Of a stretch of 64,000 nucleotides of DNA, positions 1-9,765 are shown one piece after another; the stretch's first letter is position 1, and the number at the start of each line of letters is the position of its first letter. A program made the position numbers and the translations under genes. The DNA lies in NCBI GenBank assembly GCA_963795085.1, contig CAWCFX010000003.1, positions 32,001-96,000 of the forward strand, read 5' to 3'. Below the pieces are notes generated by a model. It did not search any database. It was not told the origin of the DNA and saw only the letters and a program-made list of their open reading frames with translations. This DNA is from an uncultured Gemmatimonadales bacterium (GTDB lineage Bacteria > Gemmatimonadota > Gemmatimonadetes > Gemmatimonadales > GWC2-71-9).

Positions 1-308
1 CCGAAAAACGCGTGGGCGCCGCCGGGCCGGAACCGGACCGCGATATGGTTGGCATGGCTCGATGTGTGGACCAGTCGCTGGTCCTGGATGCCCGCCACCC
101 ACGCATGGGTATACCACTCTTCGACATCCCGGTCGCCGTAGGCCGATATCCGCTGGGGCGGCCCCAGGTTCACCATCAGTTCCATGCTGCCGCCGGGCAG
201 CACGGCCTCGGAATGAAACTCGGCCGACCCACGCACCCCCCATATCATTTCGACAAAGGGCGCGAGCGTAGGCCGCGGCGCGTAGCTGAAGAAGGTGAAC
301 CCGGTCAC
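1..308 (-). CDS. AraC-family transcriptional regulator, N-terminal part (DUF6597-like); runs off window start
   Basis: Not in ORF track. Manual translation from GTG 308: MTGFTFFSYAPRPTLAPFVEMIWGVRG...VLPGGSMELMVNLG...AVRFRPGGAHAFF, typical of the AraC-associated N-terminal domain. Confidence 0.7.
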   Translation of the reverse strand, partial: MTGFTFFSYAPRPTLAPFVEMIWGVRGSAEFHSEAVLPGGSMELMVNLGPPQRISAYGDRDVEEWYTHAWVAGIQDQRLVHTSSHANHIAVRFRPGGAHAFF

Positions 309-321
309 CCGGACCCGGCCC

Positions 322-882
322 TCAGCACGGTGCGCCGGCCGGCACCGGCGACCGGGCCCACCAGTAACTACGCCCGGCTTGCCAGCCCGTGTCGGTCCAC
401 TGGAAAGTTTCGGTGAGCAGGGTATCCCGATGGACGGTGGTGGTCACGTGGCGCACCCGCCAGGAAGCGCCGGAGGGCGGTGTAAAGGTCTGGTCCATTT
501 CGCTGGTCGTCTCGCCGCTGGACCACTCCCGGCCGATGCCCACGGTCCCATTGCCGGAGGATTGCCACACGGTAAGCCCGCTGTCGGCCGGGTTCCACGC
601 GAGAAAAAAATCCCAGAAATGCAGGGGAACCTTCCCGGGTTCCTCGCCCCAGAGGCACCCGGTGACCGCCGTCTCGCCCAGGCCGGGCAGGTACCGCATC
701 AGGTAGGCGGGCGGTTCGCCCGGGTTATCGCGCTGGTACGCCGCATTGGACGTACGCCATGCCGCGCCGTCAGCGGCCAGCAGCGCGAGGTGCGCCTTCC
801 ACCAGGGATCGCCGGCCGGGGTGGAGACGGAGCCCGCGAGGACCATGAACAGGGGGACCGCGATACGAAAAGCTGGCGTCAT
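322..882 (-). CDS. Secreted hypothetical protein
   Basis: ATG 882 overlaps WD40 stop (ATGA); signal-peptide-like MTPAFRIAVPLFMVLAGSVS; Trp-rich body. Confidence 0.65.
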   Translation of the reverse strand: MTPAFRIAVPLFMVLAGSVSTPAGDPWWKAHLALLAADGAAWRTSNAAYQRDNPGEPPAYLMRYLPGLGETAVTGCLWGEEPGKVPLHFWDFFLAWNPADSGLTVWQSSGNGTVGIGREWSSGETTSEMDQTFTPPSGASWRVRHVTTTVHRDTLLTETFQWTDTGWQAGRSYWWARSPVPAGAPC

Positions 883-2918
883 CTGGTTCCTGCCGTTGAG
901 GGTTCCAGGGTTACCGGCGGCGCGCGCAAGATCCGCACGGTCTGATCGAGCGGGACGACCGCCAACTCCCCGCCGGGCGCCCACTCGACATGCCAGATCG
1001 TCGCGGCAAACGGCAGCCGCAGCATGGTGTCGCCGCTCGCGGCGTCCCACAGCTCGACGGTGTAGTTGCTGAGCCCGGCGGCGAGGCGGGTGCCATCGTT
1101 CGACCAGGAAATGGTGGTGATCCCGCCAGCGCGGCCCTCGAACCGGGCCAGCTCCGTCCCGGTTACAGCATCCCAGAGCCGGGCGGTGCGGTCCCCGCCG
1201 CCCGATGCGAGCTTGGAACCGTCAGCCGACCAGGAGATGCTGATCGAACCCGGGCGGTGGCCCGCCAGCCGGTGCTGCACCGAGCGGGTCGGCCAATCCC
1301 ACAGCCGGACCGCCCCATCCTGCATGGCGACGGCGAGGGTAGTCCCTGCCGGGTTCCATTTCGCCTGGGTGACATCGGCCTCGCCGTCAACCAGATCGGC
1401 AACCACCGCCCCGGTGGAGACGTCCCAGACCCGTATGGTACCACGCGCGATGGGCGCGGCCACGGTCCGGCCGTCCGGTCCGAACTCCACCAGCAGAATC
1501 TGCCCGGAAGTGTCCACCAGTTCCCGGACCATGGTGCCCTGCTCGGCGTCCCAGAGCACGACCCGCCCGTCATTGCCCGTGGTGGCCAGCCGCCGCCCAT
1601 CGTTGGTGATTGACGCGCCGACGCCGGACTGTTCGTGGCCTTTCCACTCCCGGATAACGGCCCCGTTCGCCGGGTCCCATACCTTGATCCATCCCTCCCA
1701 GCCCGCCGACACCGCCCGCCGCCCATCCGGCGTGAAATCGAGTGAGTACATCGCCGTGCCTGTCGGCCAGCTGGCCCGGGCCGGGGCCAGGGCATCCAGG
1801 TCCCAGATCAACACTGCTCGGTCCCCGCCCCCGGTATAGAGCTTCCCGGGACCGGCCACGACCGTGTTCACCGGCCCGAGGTGTCCATGCCAGGCCGCCA
1901 GCCGGCGGCCGTCATCAAGCGACCAGAGCCGCACCACCAGGTCGCTCCCCACCGTAACCAGGGTGCGGCCGTCGGGCATGATCGCCACGTCGTTGAGCCA
2001 CTTGACCTCGTCCTCACCCTGGGTCGAGAAGGTGTGCTCCAGCTGCCAGGTGGCGGTGCGCCAGCTCCGCGCGGTACCATCCTTCGCCGCGACCACCAGC
2101 AGCCGACCGTCGGGGGAGAAGGCCAGGTTCTGCACCGCGTTGTAGATCGGAGACGGGGGCGGTCGCAGCGAAGCGACGGAATCGCCGGCGGGCGTCCAGA
2201 TGGCCACATCGCCGTCCCAGCTGCCGGTGGCAATCCGGGTACCATCGGGACTATAGGCGATGGAAGCCACCGGCTTGTCGCCGTGCTCGAAGGTACGCTC
2301 CCGGGCTCGCCCTTCCACGTTCCAGATGCTGATGATCCCCCAGACGCCGCGCTCGGCGCTCCGCTTCCAGCCGCTCGCCGCGACTCGACGGCCGTCCCGG
2401 CTCCAGGCAACCGCGGAGACACCCTGGCCGTTGTCGGGGAAGACGGCCAGTTCGCTGCCGGCCCCGACGTCCCAGATCCGGACCGTTCCGTCCGAGGAGG
2501 CCGTGGCCAGCCGCCGCCCCTCGGGCGAGAACGTGGCGGTCCAAACCGCCGCGGTGTGCCCGATGAGACGGTGCTTCACGGCGCCGGTCGCGGCGTCCGC
2601 GATGACCGCACTCCGGTCGCCCGAGGCAGTGGCCAGCAGGGTGCCATCGGGCGAGACATCGATATCCAGCACCGAGCCGGTGTGCCAGTTGTGCCGCGCC
2701 GAGGCAGCGTCCACTTCCCCCGCGAGGAAACGCCACTCCCACTGGCGCTCCGCCGCCGGCGCCTGGAGCAGCCAATCGCGAGCCCGGTCGGTCTCGTGAA
2801 GCCGCAGCAGCGCGTGCGCGGCCGTCACGGAAGCACGGTAGATCTGGGCCGTTCCGGCTGCGGGAGTCGCCGCGAGGGCCAGTACAGCGAACAACACCAG
2901 GGTGACCGCTCGATTCAT
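879..2918 (-). CDS. Secreted WD40-repeat protein
   Basis: Signal peptide MNRAVTLVLFAVLALAATPAAG; a dozen or more GH...FSPDG..LATAS.D.TVRIWD repeats; GGAG RBS upstream of ATG 2918. Confidence 0.9.
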   Translation of the reverse strand: MNRAVTLVLFAVLALAATPAAGTAQIYRASVTAAHALLRLHETDRARDWLLQAPAAERQWEWRFLAGEVDAASARHNWHTGSVLDIDVSPDGTLLATASGDRSAVIADAATGAVKHRLIGHTAAVWTATFSPEGRRLATASSDGTVRIWDVGAGSELAVFPDNGQGVSAVAWSRDGRRVAASGWKRSAERGVWGIISIWNVEGRARERTFEHGDKPVASIAYSPDGTRIATGSWDGDVAIWTPAGDSVASLRPPPSPIYNAVQNLAFSPDGRLLVVAAKDGTARSWRTATWQLEHTFSTQGEDEVKWLNDVAIMPDGRTLVTVGSDLVVRLWSLDDGRRLAAWHGHLGPVNTVVAGPGKLYTGGGDRAVLIWDLDALAPARASWPTGTAMYSLDFTPDGRRAVSAGWEGWIKVWDPANGAVIREWKGHEQSGVGASITNDGRRLATTGNDGRVVLWDAEQGTMVRELVDTSGQILLVEFGPDGRTVAAPIARGTIRVWDVSTGAVVADLVDGEADVTQAKWNPAGTTLAVAMQDGAVRLWDWPTRSVQHRLAGHRPGSISISWSADGSKLASGGGDRTARLWDAVTGTELARFEGRAGGITTISWSNDGTRLAAGLSNYTVELWDAASGDTMLRLPFAATIWHVEWAPGGELAVVPLDQTVRILRAPPVTLEPSTAGTR

Positions 2919-2944
2919 GATATCTCCAGGAAAGGGTCCTCCCG

Positions 2945-3493
2945 TCACGCCGCCTCCCAGGCCTGCTTGAGCCATGCGGCAACCTCGCCATCCACCTCGC
3001 CGGGTCCACTCAGGCGGACGCGGTGGGTGACCATGCTGTTCCAACTGCCGGACGCCTCCAGCCGGCCGCCGGGTGCCATGCCCTTCAGGTTGAGTCCGAG
3101 ATCCATGCGGTCCCGGGTTGAGGGTTGCACCAGCGCGAACTGCCGCGAACGGCGCAGGCTGACGTACGCCTTCTTGGGCGCGATCTCCAGGCCAGGGCCG
3201 AACTGGCGGACGAGATCCACAATCTTCTCGTAGACCGGCCGCAGCGATTCCCTGCCCTGGTACTGGGCTTCGAGCGGATCCCCTGTTGTCCCGGCCGGCT
3301 GAGCCGCCTCCCTGGCGCTATGCGCCACCAGGTTGGCGTAACCGTGCCCGAGCCCATGCCGGGACTTGAGCATGGCAACCACCTCCCCGTGCTTGACCAG
3401 GCCCAGTGCACGGGCCAGGTCCACCCACTCGGCAAAGGGTTTCCCGGTCTGCTTCTCCAGGTTGGCCATCATGGTCAGCGTTTGTTTGTCCAC
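2945..3493 (-). CDS. DUF4287/DUF5655 domain protein
   Basis: NLEKQTGKPFAEW...HGLGHGYAN N-domain plus PKKAYVSLRRSRQFA C-domain. Confidence 0.75.
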   Translation of the reverse strand: MDKQTLTMMANLEKQTGKPFAEWVDLARALGLVKHGEVVAMLKSRHGLGHGYANLVAHSAREAAQPAGTTGDPLEAQYQGRESLRPVYEKIVDLVRQFGPGLEIAPKKAYVSLRRSRQFALVQPSTRDRMDLGLNLKGMAPGGRLEASGSWNSMVTHRVRLSGPGEVDGEVAAWLKQAWEAA

Positions 3494-3520
3494 GGTGCGG
3501 CCTCGCGATCGAGTGTAAGG

Positions 3521-3922
3521 TCAGGGCCAGACGGCAAGCACCACGCCCATGAGGACCGCGGCGGCGCCGAGGTACCCGGCATTGACCAGCCAGTGAGTGA
3601 GGGATCGCTGCTCGAAGAGGTAGATGATTCCGAGCAGGCTGCCAACCCAGGCCCCGGCGGCGAGTCCGGCCAGGGCGCCTCGCACCGCCGAAGCATCGGG
3701 CCCGACCCAGCCGGCAAGCAGGGCACCGGCAAGCACCAGCAGCGCCAGGGTCGCCGAGATGAGCCGCCCCAGGTGAACCCGGGCAACCCGGTCAGGGGTC
3801 ATGTCGCTGGCCACCATCCACCGGATGCCGAAGAGTGGGCCGTACCATGCCGCGCCGGCCAGGAAGGCAGCCGCCGCCGCGGCCACGACGGCCAGCAGGT
3901 TAATCTGTGAGAAGAAAGCCAT
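3521..3922 (-). CDS. DUF1761-family membrane protein
   Basis: INLLAVVAAAAAAFLAGAAWYGPLFG.RW; four hydrophobic segments; WLVNAGY. Confidence 0.75.
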   Translation of the reverse strand: MAFFSQINLLAVVAAAAAAFLAGAAWYGPLFGIRWMVASDMTPDRVARVHLGRLISATLALLVLAGALLAGWVGPDASAVRGALAGLAAGAWVGSLLGIIYLFEQRSLTHWLVNAGYLGAAAVLMGVVLAVWP

Positions 3923-3986
3923 GAGTCCTCCAGGCTGGCATGGGACCCATGATAGCGGCCTGAGCGGGCGCCGTATTGAAGATTTC

Positions 3987-4370
3987 TTACCGGGCGGGAG
4001 CCTCCGCGACGACCTCGATCTCCACCCTGACGCCCCGGGGGAGCCCACTGACCGCCACCGTGGAGCGGGCCGGCTTGTGCTCGCCGAACGCGGCGGCGTA
4101 CACCTCGTTCATCTCGCTGAAATCCGCCATGTCCAGCAGGAACACGGTGGACTTGACCACCCGCCCGAGGCTGGTCCCGGCTGACTCGAGCACCGCACGG
4201 AGGTTGGCCATCACCCGGGTGGTCTGCTCGCGAATGCCGCCTTCGACCACCTGGCCGGTCGCGGGGTCGAGCGCGATCTGGCCGGCGGTGTACACCAGCC
4301 CGTTGGCGACGACCGCCTGGGAATAGGGGCCGATCGCGGCGGGCGCATCTGACGTGCTGATAAAATCCAT
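3987..4370 (-). CDS. ridA: RidA/YjgF/UK114 reactive intermediate deaminase
   Basis: APAAIGPYSQA, GQIALDP, PARSTVAV..LP...VEIE. Confidence 0.92.
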   Translation of the reverse strand: MDFISTSDAPAAIGPYSQAVVANGLVYTAGQIALDPATGQVVEGGIREQTTRVMANLRAVLESAGTSLGRVVKSTVFLLDMADFSEMNEVYAAAFGEHKPARSTVAVSGLPRGVRVEIEVVAEAPAR

Positions 4371-4420
4371 GGTCTCGGCTTCCGATAAGGTGGTCAGGGG
4401 AGGATCGAACCCCCGGAGGA

Positions 4421-6097
4421 TCAGAACAGCCCCTCGATGCTGCCGTCCGCGTTGACCCGGATGGCTTCCGCCGACGGCGTCCTGGACAACCCCGGCATGG
4501 TCATGATCTCCCCCGCCAGCGCGACCACGAACCCCGCGCCGGCCGAAGGGGTAACATCCCGGATGGTGATCCGGAACCCGGTCGGCCGGCCCAGGCGGCT
4601 GGGATCGTCGCTGAACGAGTACTGGGTCTTGGCAATGCACACTGGCGTATGGGCCAGCCCCATCGCCTCGCACTGGGCGATGTTCCGCTCGGCAGCCGGG
4701 GTGTAGTCCACCCCATCGGCGCCGTAGATCAGGGTCGCGATGGCCGCGATCTTCTCCTTGATGGGCAACCGGGCGTCGTAGATCGGCGCGAAGTCTGCCT
4801 TCCCCTCGCCCAGCACCGCGATCACTTCCTGCGCTACCGGGATGCCGCCCTGCCCGCCCTTGCCCCAGACTTCGCTCAGCGCGGCCCGGGCGCCCCAGCC
4901 GCGGGCCGCCGACAGCACCGTCTCCAGTTCCTCGTCCGAGTCGCTGGTGAACCGGTTGAGGGCCACCACGGGGGGCACTCCGAATCGCTGCACGTTCTCG
5001 ACATGGGCCTGGAGGTTGACCATGCCACGCTGGAGCGCCTCGACGTTGGGCGTCCCCAGGGCGTCCTTCTTGACTCCGCCGTTCATCTTGAGGGCCCGGA
5101 CCGTGGCCACGATCACCGCTGCCTCAGGCTTGAGCCCGCCGAAGCGGCACTTGATATCGAAAAACTTCTCGGCGCCCAGGTCGGCGCCGAACCCCGCCTC
5201 GGTGAGCACTACGTCGGCCAGGCCCAGGCCCAGCCGGGTGGCCATCAGCGAATTGCACCCGTGAGCGATATTCCCGAATGGGCCACCGTGCACCAGCGCC
5301 GGGCCGCCTTCCAGGGTCTGCACCAGGTTCGGCAGGAGCGCATCCTTGAGCAGCAGGGTCATCGCCCCCGAGGCGCGCAGGTCGCCGGCGGTCACCGGCC
5401 GCTTGTCGCGGGTCAGGCCGACGATGATGCGGGCGATCCGCGTTTCAAGGTCCGGGAGGTCCGAGGCGAGGCAGAGGATGGCCATGATTTCGCTGCCCGG
5501 CACGATCACGAACCGCTCCTCGCGGGAGGGACCGCCGTTTAACCCGCCCAGTCCCACCACCATGTGCCGCAAGGCCCGGTCGTTCATGTCCATGGTGCGG
5601 GGCCAGGTGATCCGCCGGGTGTCGATCCCCAGGGCGTTGCCGTGATGGATGTGATTATCCAGCATGGCGGAGAGGAGGTTGTGCGCCGAGGTGATGGCGT
5701 GGAAGTCACCCGTGAAGTGCAGGTTGATCTCGTCCATCGGAACCACCTGGGCATATCCGCCGCCCGCCGCGCCGCCCTTAACGCCGAAGACCGGTCCCAG
5801 CGACGGCTCCCGGATACAGACCAGCACCTTGTGTCCCAACTGGCGGAAGGCCTGGGCCAGCCCCACGGTCACCGTGGACTTGCCTTCACCCGCCGGGGTG
5901 GGATTGATGCCGGTGACCAGCACCAGCCGGCCTTTCGGCTCGCGATATCGCTTGAGCGCATCGGCGCTGATCTTCGCCTTGTACCTGCCGTAGGGAAGAA
6001 TGTCGTCCGGCGACAGGCCCAGTTCGGCGGCCACGTCGGCGATGGGGCGGAGCTTGGCGGCCTGGGCAATGGCGATGTCAGTGGGTACGGTGGTCAC
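4421..6097 (-). CDS. fhs: Formate--tetrahydrofolate ligase
   Basis: INPTPAGEGKST, KGGAAGGGYAQV, HGGPFGNIAHG, IAKTQYSFSD, IMTMPGL. Confidence 0.97.
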   Translation of the reverse strand: MTTVPTDIAIAQAAKLRPIADVAAELGLSPDDILPYGRYKAKISADALKRYREPKGRLVLVTGINPTPAGEGKSTVTVGLAQAFRQLGHKVLVCIREPSLGPVFGVKGGAAGGGYAQVVPMDEINLHFTGDFHAITSAHNLLSAMLDNHIHHGNALGIDTRRITWPRTMDMNDRALRHMVVGLGGLNGGPSREERFVIVPGSEIMAILCLASDLPDLETRIARIIVGLTRDKRPVTAGDLRASGAMTLLLKDALLPNLVQTLEGGPALVHGGPFGNIAHGCNSLMATRLGLGLADVVLTEAGFGADLGAEKFFDIKCRFGGLKPEAAVIVATVRALKMNGGVKKDALGTPNVEALQRGMVNLQAHVENVQRFGVPPVVALNRFTSDSDEELETVLSAARGWGARAALSEVWGKGGQGGIPVAQEVIAVLGEGKADFAPIYDARLPIKEKIAAIATLIYGADGVDYTPAAERNIAQCEAMGLAHTPVCIAKTQYSFSDDPSRLGRPTGFRITIRDVTPSAGAGFVVALAGEIMTMPGLSRTPSAEAIRVNADGSIEGLF

Positions 6098-6212
6098 ACG
6101 GGCCTCGGATAGAGGAGATCAAGGAAAGTCGCTGGGCACTTCACCCGCGCAAGGCCCGACGTGCGCGGCCGCCGTCGGGCCCTCATCGCCAATACGCCGC
6201 CGGGCCGATGGA

Positions 6213-6971
6213 TCAGGCCAGGCCAAACAGGCGCGCCGCGTTGCGGCCCGTCGCCTCGATGACCTCAGCCACGTCCAGCGATCGCACCTGCGCGATCTGC
6301 TCAGCCACCCGGCGCACGAAGGCGGGCTCATTACGCTGACCCCGAAAGGGCGCTGGCGCAAGGTAGGGAGCATCGGTCTCCAGGAGGATCCGGTCGAGAG
6401 GGACCGCGCGGATCGCCTCGTCCATGCCCCAGTTCCGGAAGGTGATCATGCCGCTGAACGAGACGTAGCACCCCAGCGCCAGCCCCGCCTCCAGCAGGGG
6501 CATTCCACTGCTGAACGAGTGCAGGACGACCACCGTACCGGGCTGGTTTCGGAGAATGGCGGCCACGTCGGCATCGGCCTCGCGGGCGTGGATGACCGCT
6601 GGACGGCCCAGCCGGCCGGCCAGGGCCAGCTGGGTTTCGAAGACGCGCCGCTGGATGTCCCGGGGGGAATGATCGTAATGGTAATCGAGGCCCATCTCCC
6701 CGGCCGCCACGATCCGGCGATGGACCAGAGTCGTTTCCAGCCACGCCGCCGTCTCGGCGTCCCACCCGGATGCGTCATGGGGATGAATGCCCGCCGTCGC
6801 CCAGATCCGGTCATCGCCGGCCGCCAGCCGGAGGGCGGCCTCGGACGCGGGGCGGGATTCACCGATCACCACCAGGTGGGCGACTCCGGCCTCCCAGGCC
6901 CGCGCCAGCACCTGCTCCAGGTCATCCTGGAAGGCAGCGGCGGCGAGATGGCAGTGGGAGTCGACTAACAA
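6213..6971 (-). CDS. tatD: TatD-family DNase/hydrolase
   Basis: VDSHCHL, GIHPH, GEMGLDY, IHAREA, LLETDAPYLAP; start placed at TTG 6971. Confidence 0.92.
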   Translation of the reverse strand: MLVDSHCHLAAAAFQDDLEQVLARAWEAGVAHLVVIGESRPASEAALRLAAGDDRIWATAGIHPHDASGWDAETAAWLETTLVHRRIVAAGEMGLDYHYDHSPRDIQRRVFETQLALAGRLGRPAVIHAREADADVAAILRNQPGTVVVLHSFSSGMPLLEAGLALGCYVSFSGMITFRNWGMDEAIRAVPLDRILLETDAPYLAPAPFRGQRNEPAFVRRVAEQIAQVRSLDVAEVIEATGRNAARLFGLA

Positions 6972-7016
6972 GGGGGCAAGGGGGCAAGGGGGCAAGAGGG
7001 CAAGGGGGCAAGAGGT
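6969..7016. repeat. Octamer tandem repeat (CAAGGGGG)x6, two units CAAGAGGK
   Basis: Read directly from the sequence. Confidence 0.95.
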
Positions 7017-7040
7017 CGCAGCAGAAACTTGCCGTAGGCG

Positions 7041-7065
7041 CTCCCTTCCCCGAAGGGGAAGGGAG
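7041..7065. terminator. Perfect 11-bp hairpin downstream of secF
   Basis: CTCCCTTCCCC-GAA-GGGGAAGGGAG; no U-tract, so terminator role is uncertain. Confidence 0.5.
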
Positions 7066-7094
7066 ACGTGGTGTCTGTACTCGGACCTGCCGCG

Positions 7095-8057
7095 CTAGAC
7101 CGTCTGCACCTTCCGCTTGGGCGGCGTCGTTTTCTTGAGGCCGCGCACGTCCGCGCCGGGCCAGCGCTGTTCGATGGCAAAGAGAACTGGCGAGGCGATG
7201 AAAATAGAGGAGAACGTGCCGACCACCACGCCGAAGAGCATCACCAGCGCGAAGGGGCGGATGACCTCGCCGCCCAGCGCGGCCAGCGCGATCAGGGTGC
7301 CGAAGGAGGTGCCGCCGGTGAGGACCGTCCGGGGCAGCGTCTCGTTGACGGACCGGTTCAATACCTCGATAAAATTGGCCCGCTTGGAGGTGTGCAGGTT
7401 TTCCCGGATCCGGTCAAAGATGACGATGGTGTCGTTGAGTGAATAACCGACCACCGAGAGGATCGCCGCGACCACGAACAGGCTGACCTCGAGGCGCAGC
7501 AGGGACATGAAGGCGATGGTGGCCAGGATGTCGTGCCCGGTGGCCGCGATCGCCGCGAGCCCGAAGCGCCACTCGAACCGGTAGGCGAGGTAGAGCAGCA
7601 CCGCCCCGAAGGAGAGCAGGATGGCCAGGAAGGCCTGCTGCCGAAGCTCGCCGCTGACCTTGGGACTGGCTGCCGCGGTCCGCAGGAGCTCGTAGTTCCC
7701 CGCGCCCACCAGCGCGTCGAGCGCCTGGGTGACAGCGCCCGAGGTCGCCTGGGTATCATCGGCATCGGTGCCCTGCTTGGCGGTTCGGGCCCGGATGACG
7801 ACCTCGCGCTCCGACCCGAAGGTCTGGATCTCGGCCCCCTCGATGCCCTGGGCCGCGAGCTGGTTGCGCAGGGCACCCACGTCCACCGGCTGGGTGGCCT
7901 GGACCTGGATCAGGGTTCCGCCGGTAAACTCGATGCTGTAGTTGAAACCCAGCACCGCGGCGAGAATGAGCCCGGGAATGAGGACGGCCGCCGTGATGAC
8001 GTAGGCTTTCTTCCTCATGCCGAGGAAGTCGTACTTGGCGTTGGCGAAGAGTCTCAT
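7095..8057 (-). CDS. secF: Protein translocase subunit SecF
   Basis: SIEFTGG, GYSLNDTIVIFDRIREN, TLPRTVLT. Confidence 0.96.
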   Translation of the reverse strand: MRLFANAKYDFLGMRKKAYVITAAVLIPGLILAAVLGFNYSIEFTGGTLIQVQATQPVDVGALRNQLAAQGIEGAEIQTFGSEREVVIRARTAKQGTDADDTQATSGAVTQALDALVGAGNYELLRTAAASPKVSGELRQQAFLAILLSFGAVLLYLAYRFEWRFGLAAIAATGHDILATIAFMSLLRLEVSLFVVAAILSVVGYSLNDTIVIFDRIRENLHTSKRANFIEVLNRSVNETLPRTVLTGGTSFGTLIALAALGGEVIRPFALVMLFGVVVGTFSSIFIASPVLFAIEQRWPGADVRGLKKTTPPKRKVQTV

Positions 8058-8058
8058 G

Positions 8059-9696
8059 TCAGATGCTCAAGGTTTTCATGGCGGGCTTCCGCTCCAGCCA
8101 GATCATGAAGAAGGTCCGGGTCACGAAGATCGCCGTCACCATCGACGCGGCGATACCCATGATCAGGGTGACGGCAAAGCCCCGGACCGGGCCGGTGCCG
8201 AACTGGAAGAGGAACGCCGCCGTCAACGCGGTGGTCACGTTGGAGTCGATGATGGCGCTCATCGCGTTCTTGAAGCCTTCGTCGATGGCCAGCCTGATGG
8301 TCTTGCCGAGCGCCAGTTCCTCGCGGATCCGCTCGAAGATGAGGACGTTGGCGTCCACCGCGATCCCGATGGACAGCGCCAGGCCGGCCAGGCCGGGCAG
8401 CGTCAGCGTGGCGCCCAGCGCGGCCAGGCCCCCCACCGAGAAGACCATGTACAACAGCAGGGCCAGGATGGCCAACACGCCCGCCAGGCGGTAGTACAGG
8501 ACCATGACCAGGACGACGAAGGCGGTCCCGATGACGCTGGCCCAGATGCCTGCCCGGATGGCGTCCTTGCCCAGGCTGGGGCCGACCTGCCGTTCGTCCA
8601 CGATCTTGAGGGGGATCGGCAGGGCACCGGCCTTGAGCGTCAGGGCCAGGTCCTGGGCCTCCTGAATGCTTCGCCCCGCCAGGGTGATCTGCCCGTTGCG
8701 GTTGATCTGGCTCTGGATTACCGGGGGACGGCCCTGCACCCGGTCATCCAGGATGATCGCCATGTAATCGTTCACGTGGGCCGCGGTCTTTCGGCCGAAC
8801 GTCCGGCCGCCGCTCCGGCTCAGGGTGAAGGTGACGATGGCGCCCTGGGTGACCGGGTCCAGCTGGGCCGCGGCGTCTTCCAGCGATTCACCGGTGATCA
8901 TGACGTCATTGTCCAGCACGTAGAGCATGCGGTAGGGCTGAGCGCCGATGGAGAGTTGGGTCGAGGCCCACCGCCAGGTCACTCCGCGCGGCAGCAGCCG
9001 GGCCACATCCGGGATCCGGAGCGCGCTGTCCACCCGGACCCAGGCCGCTTCGGGCACCGCGTACTCGCCCGCCATGGGCTGCAGCCCGACCTCCCCGGAC
9101 GGGCGCACCAGCCCGGCCAGCAGGCCGCCGAGCACCTCCGTAGTGTCGGGGCCGGCGTCGGCGGAATCGCCGCCCAGCAGCTCGCTCACCGCGGAAGGGG
9201 CGTCCACCTGGCCAGGTCCGGCACTGACGCCCAGCTGACGGAGAATCCGGTCCATGGCCGGAATCGCCTTCTCCAGCGCGGCCGTCTCGTCGGTTATCCG
9301 GAACTCGAGCGCCGCGGTCCGCTGGACGATGGCCTTGGCGCGCGCCGGATCGTCGATCCCGGGCAACTCCACCACGATGCGGTCGTCGCCGACCTTCTGG
9401 ACCAGGGGCTCGGCCACGCCGAACTCATCGATCCGCTTGCGCATCACGGTCAGCGCCAGCTCGAGGTCGCGGGCCGGGTCGCTGGACCGGGTCCTCGACT
9501 GGTCCAGTTCGAGCGCCAGGTGCATTCCCCCCTGGAGGTCGAGGCCGAGGGCCGGGCGGGTCAGCGTCTGGAGGGTGTCCACCGGGCGGCCGTTGATGAC
9601 CGTGCGGACTCGGACCTTGGTCGGCACCATCTGCCAGACGCAGATCGCGATCATGACGACGATGACGATCAGTCGGGATCGAATGGATGAAAGCAT
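8059..9696 (-). CDS. secD: Protein translocase subunit SecD
   Basis: LGLDLQGG, RIDEFGVAEP, VGPSLG, AVDANVLIFERIREE. Confidence 0.96.
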   Translation of the reverse strand: MLSSIRSRLIVIVVMIAICVWQMVPTKVRVRTVINGRPVDTLQTLTRPALGLDLQGGMHLALELDQSRTRSSDPARDLELALTVMRKRIDEFGVAEPLVQKVGDDRIVVELPGIDDPARAKAIVQRTAALEFRITDETAALEKAIPAMDRILRQLGVSAGPGQVDAPSAVSELLGGDSADAGPDTTEVLGGLLAGLVRPSGEVGLQPMAGEYAVPEAAWVRVDSALRIPDVARLLPRGVTWRWASTQLSIGAQPYRMLYVLDNDVMITGESLEDAAAQLDPVTQGAIVTFTLSRSGGRTFGRKTAAHVNDYMAIILDDRVQGRPPVIQSQINRNGQITLAGRSIQEAQDLALTLKAGALPIPLKIVDERQVGPSLGKDAIRAGIWASVIGTAFVVLVMVLYYRLAGVLAILALLLYMVFSVGGLAALGATLTLPGLAGLALSIGIAVDANVLIFERIREELALGKTIRLAIDEGFKNAMSAIIDSNVTTALTAAFLFQFGTGPVRGFAVTLIMGIAASMVTAIFVTRTFFMIWLERKPAMKTLSI

Positions 9697-9765
9697 GGTT
9701 CCTTTGTCGCTGCGCGTCGTAATGCAGGGGGCCGTGGTCCAGGAGGCCAGTGGGCCATCCCCGCG

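Noticed and set aside
8017..9690. Long antisense ORFs (also 27324-29498, 47065-49149, 59507-61507 and many others)
   Set aside because: Shadows of real genes caused by high GC3; no recognisable motifs
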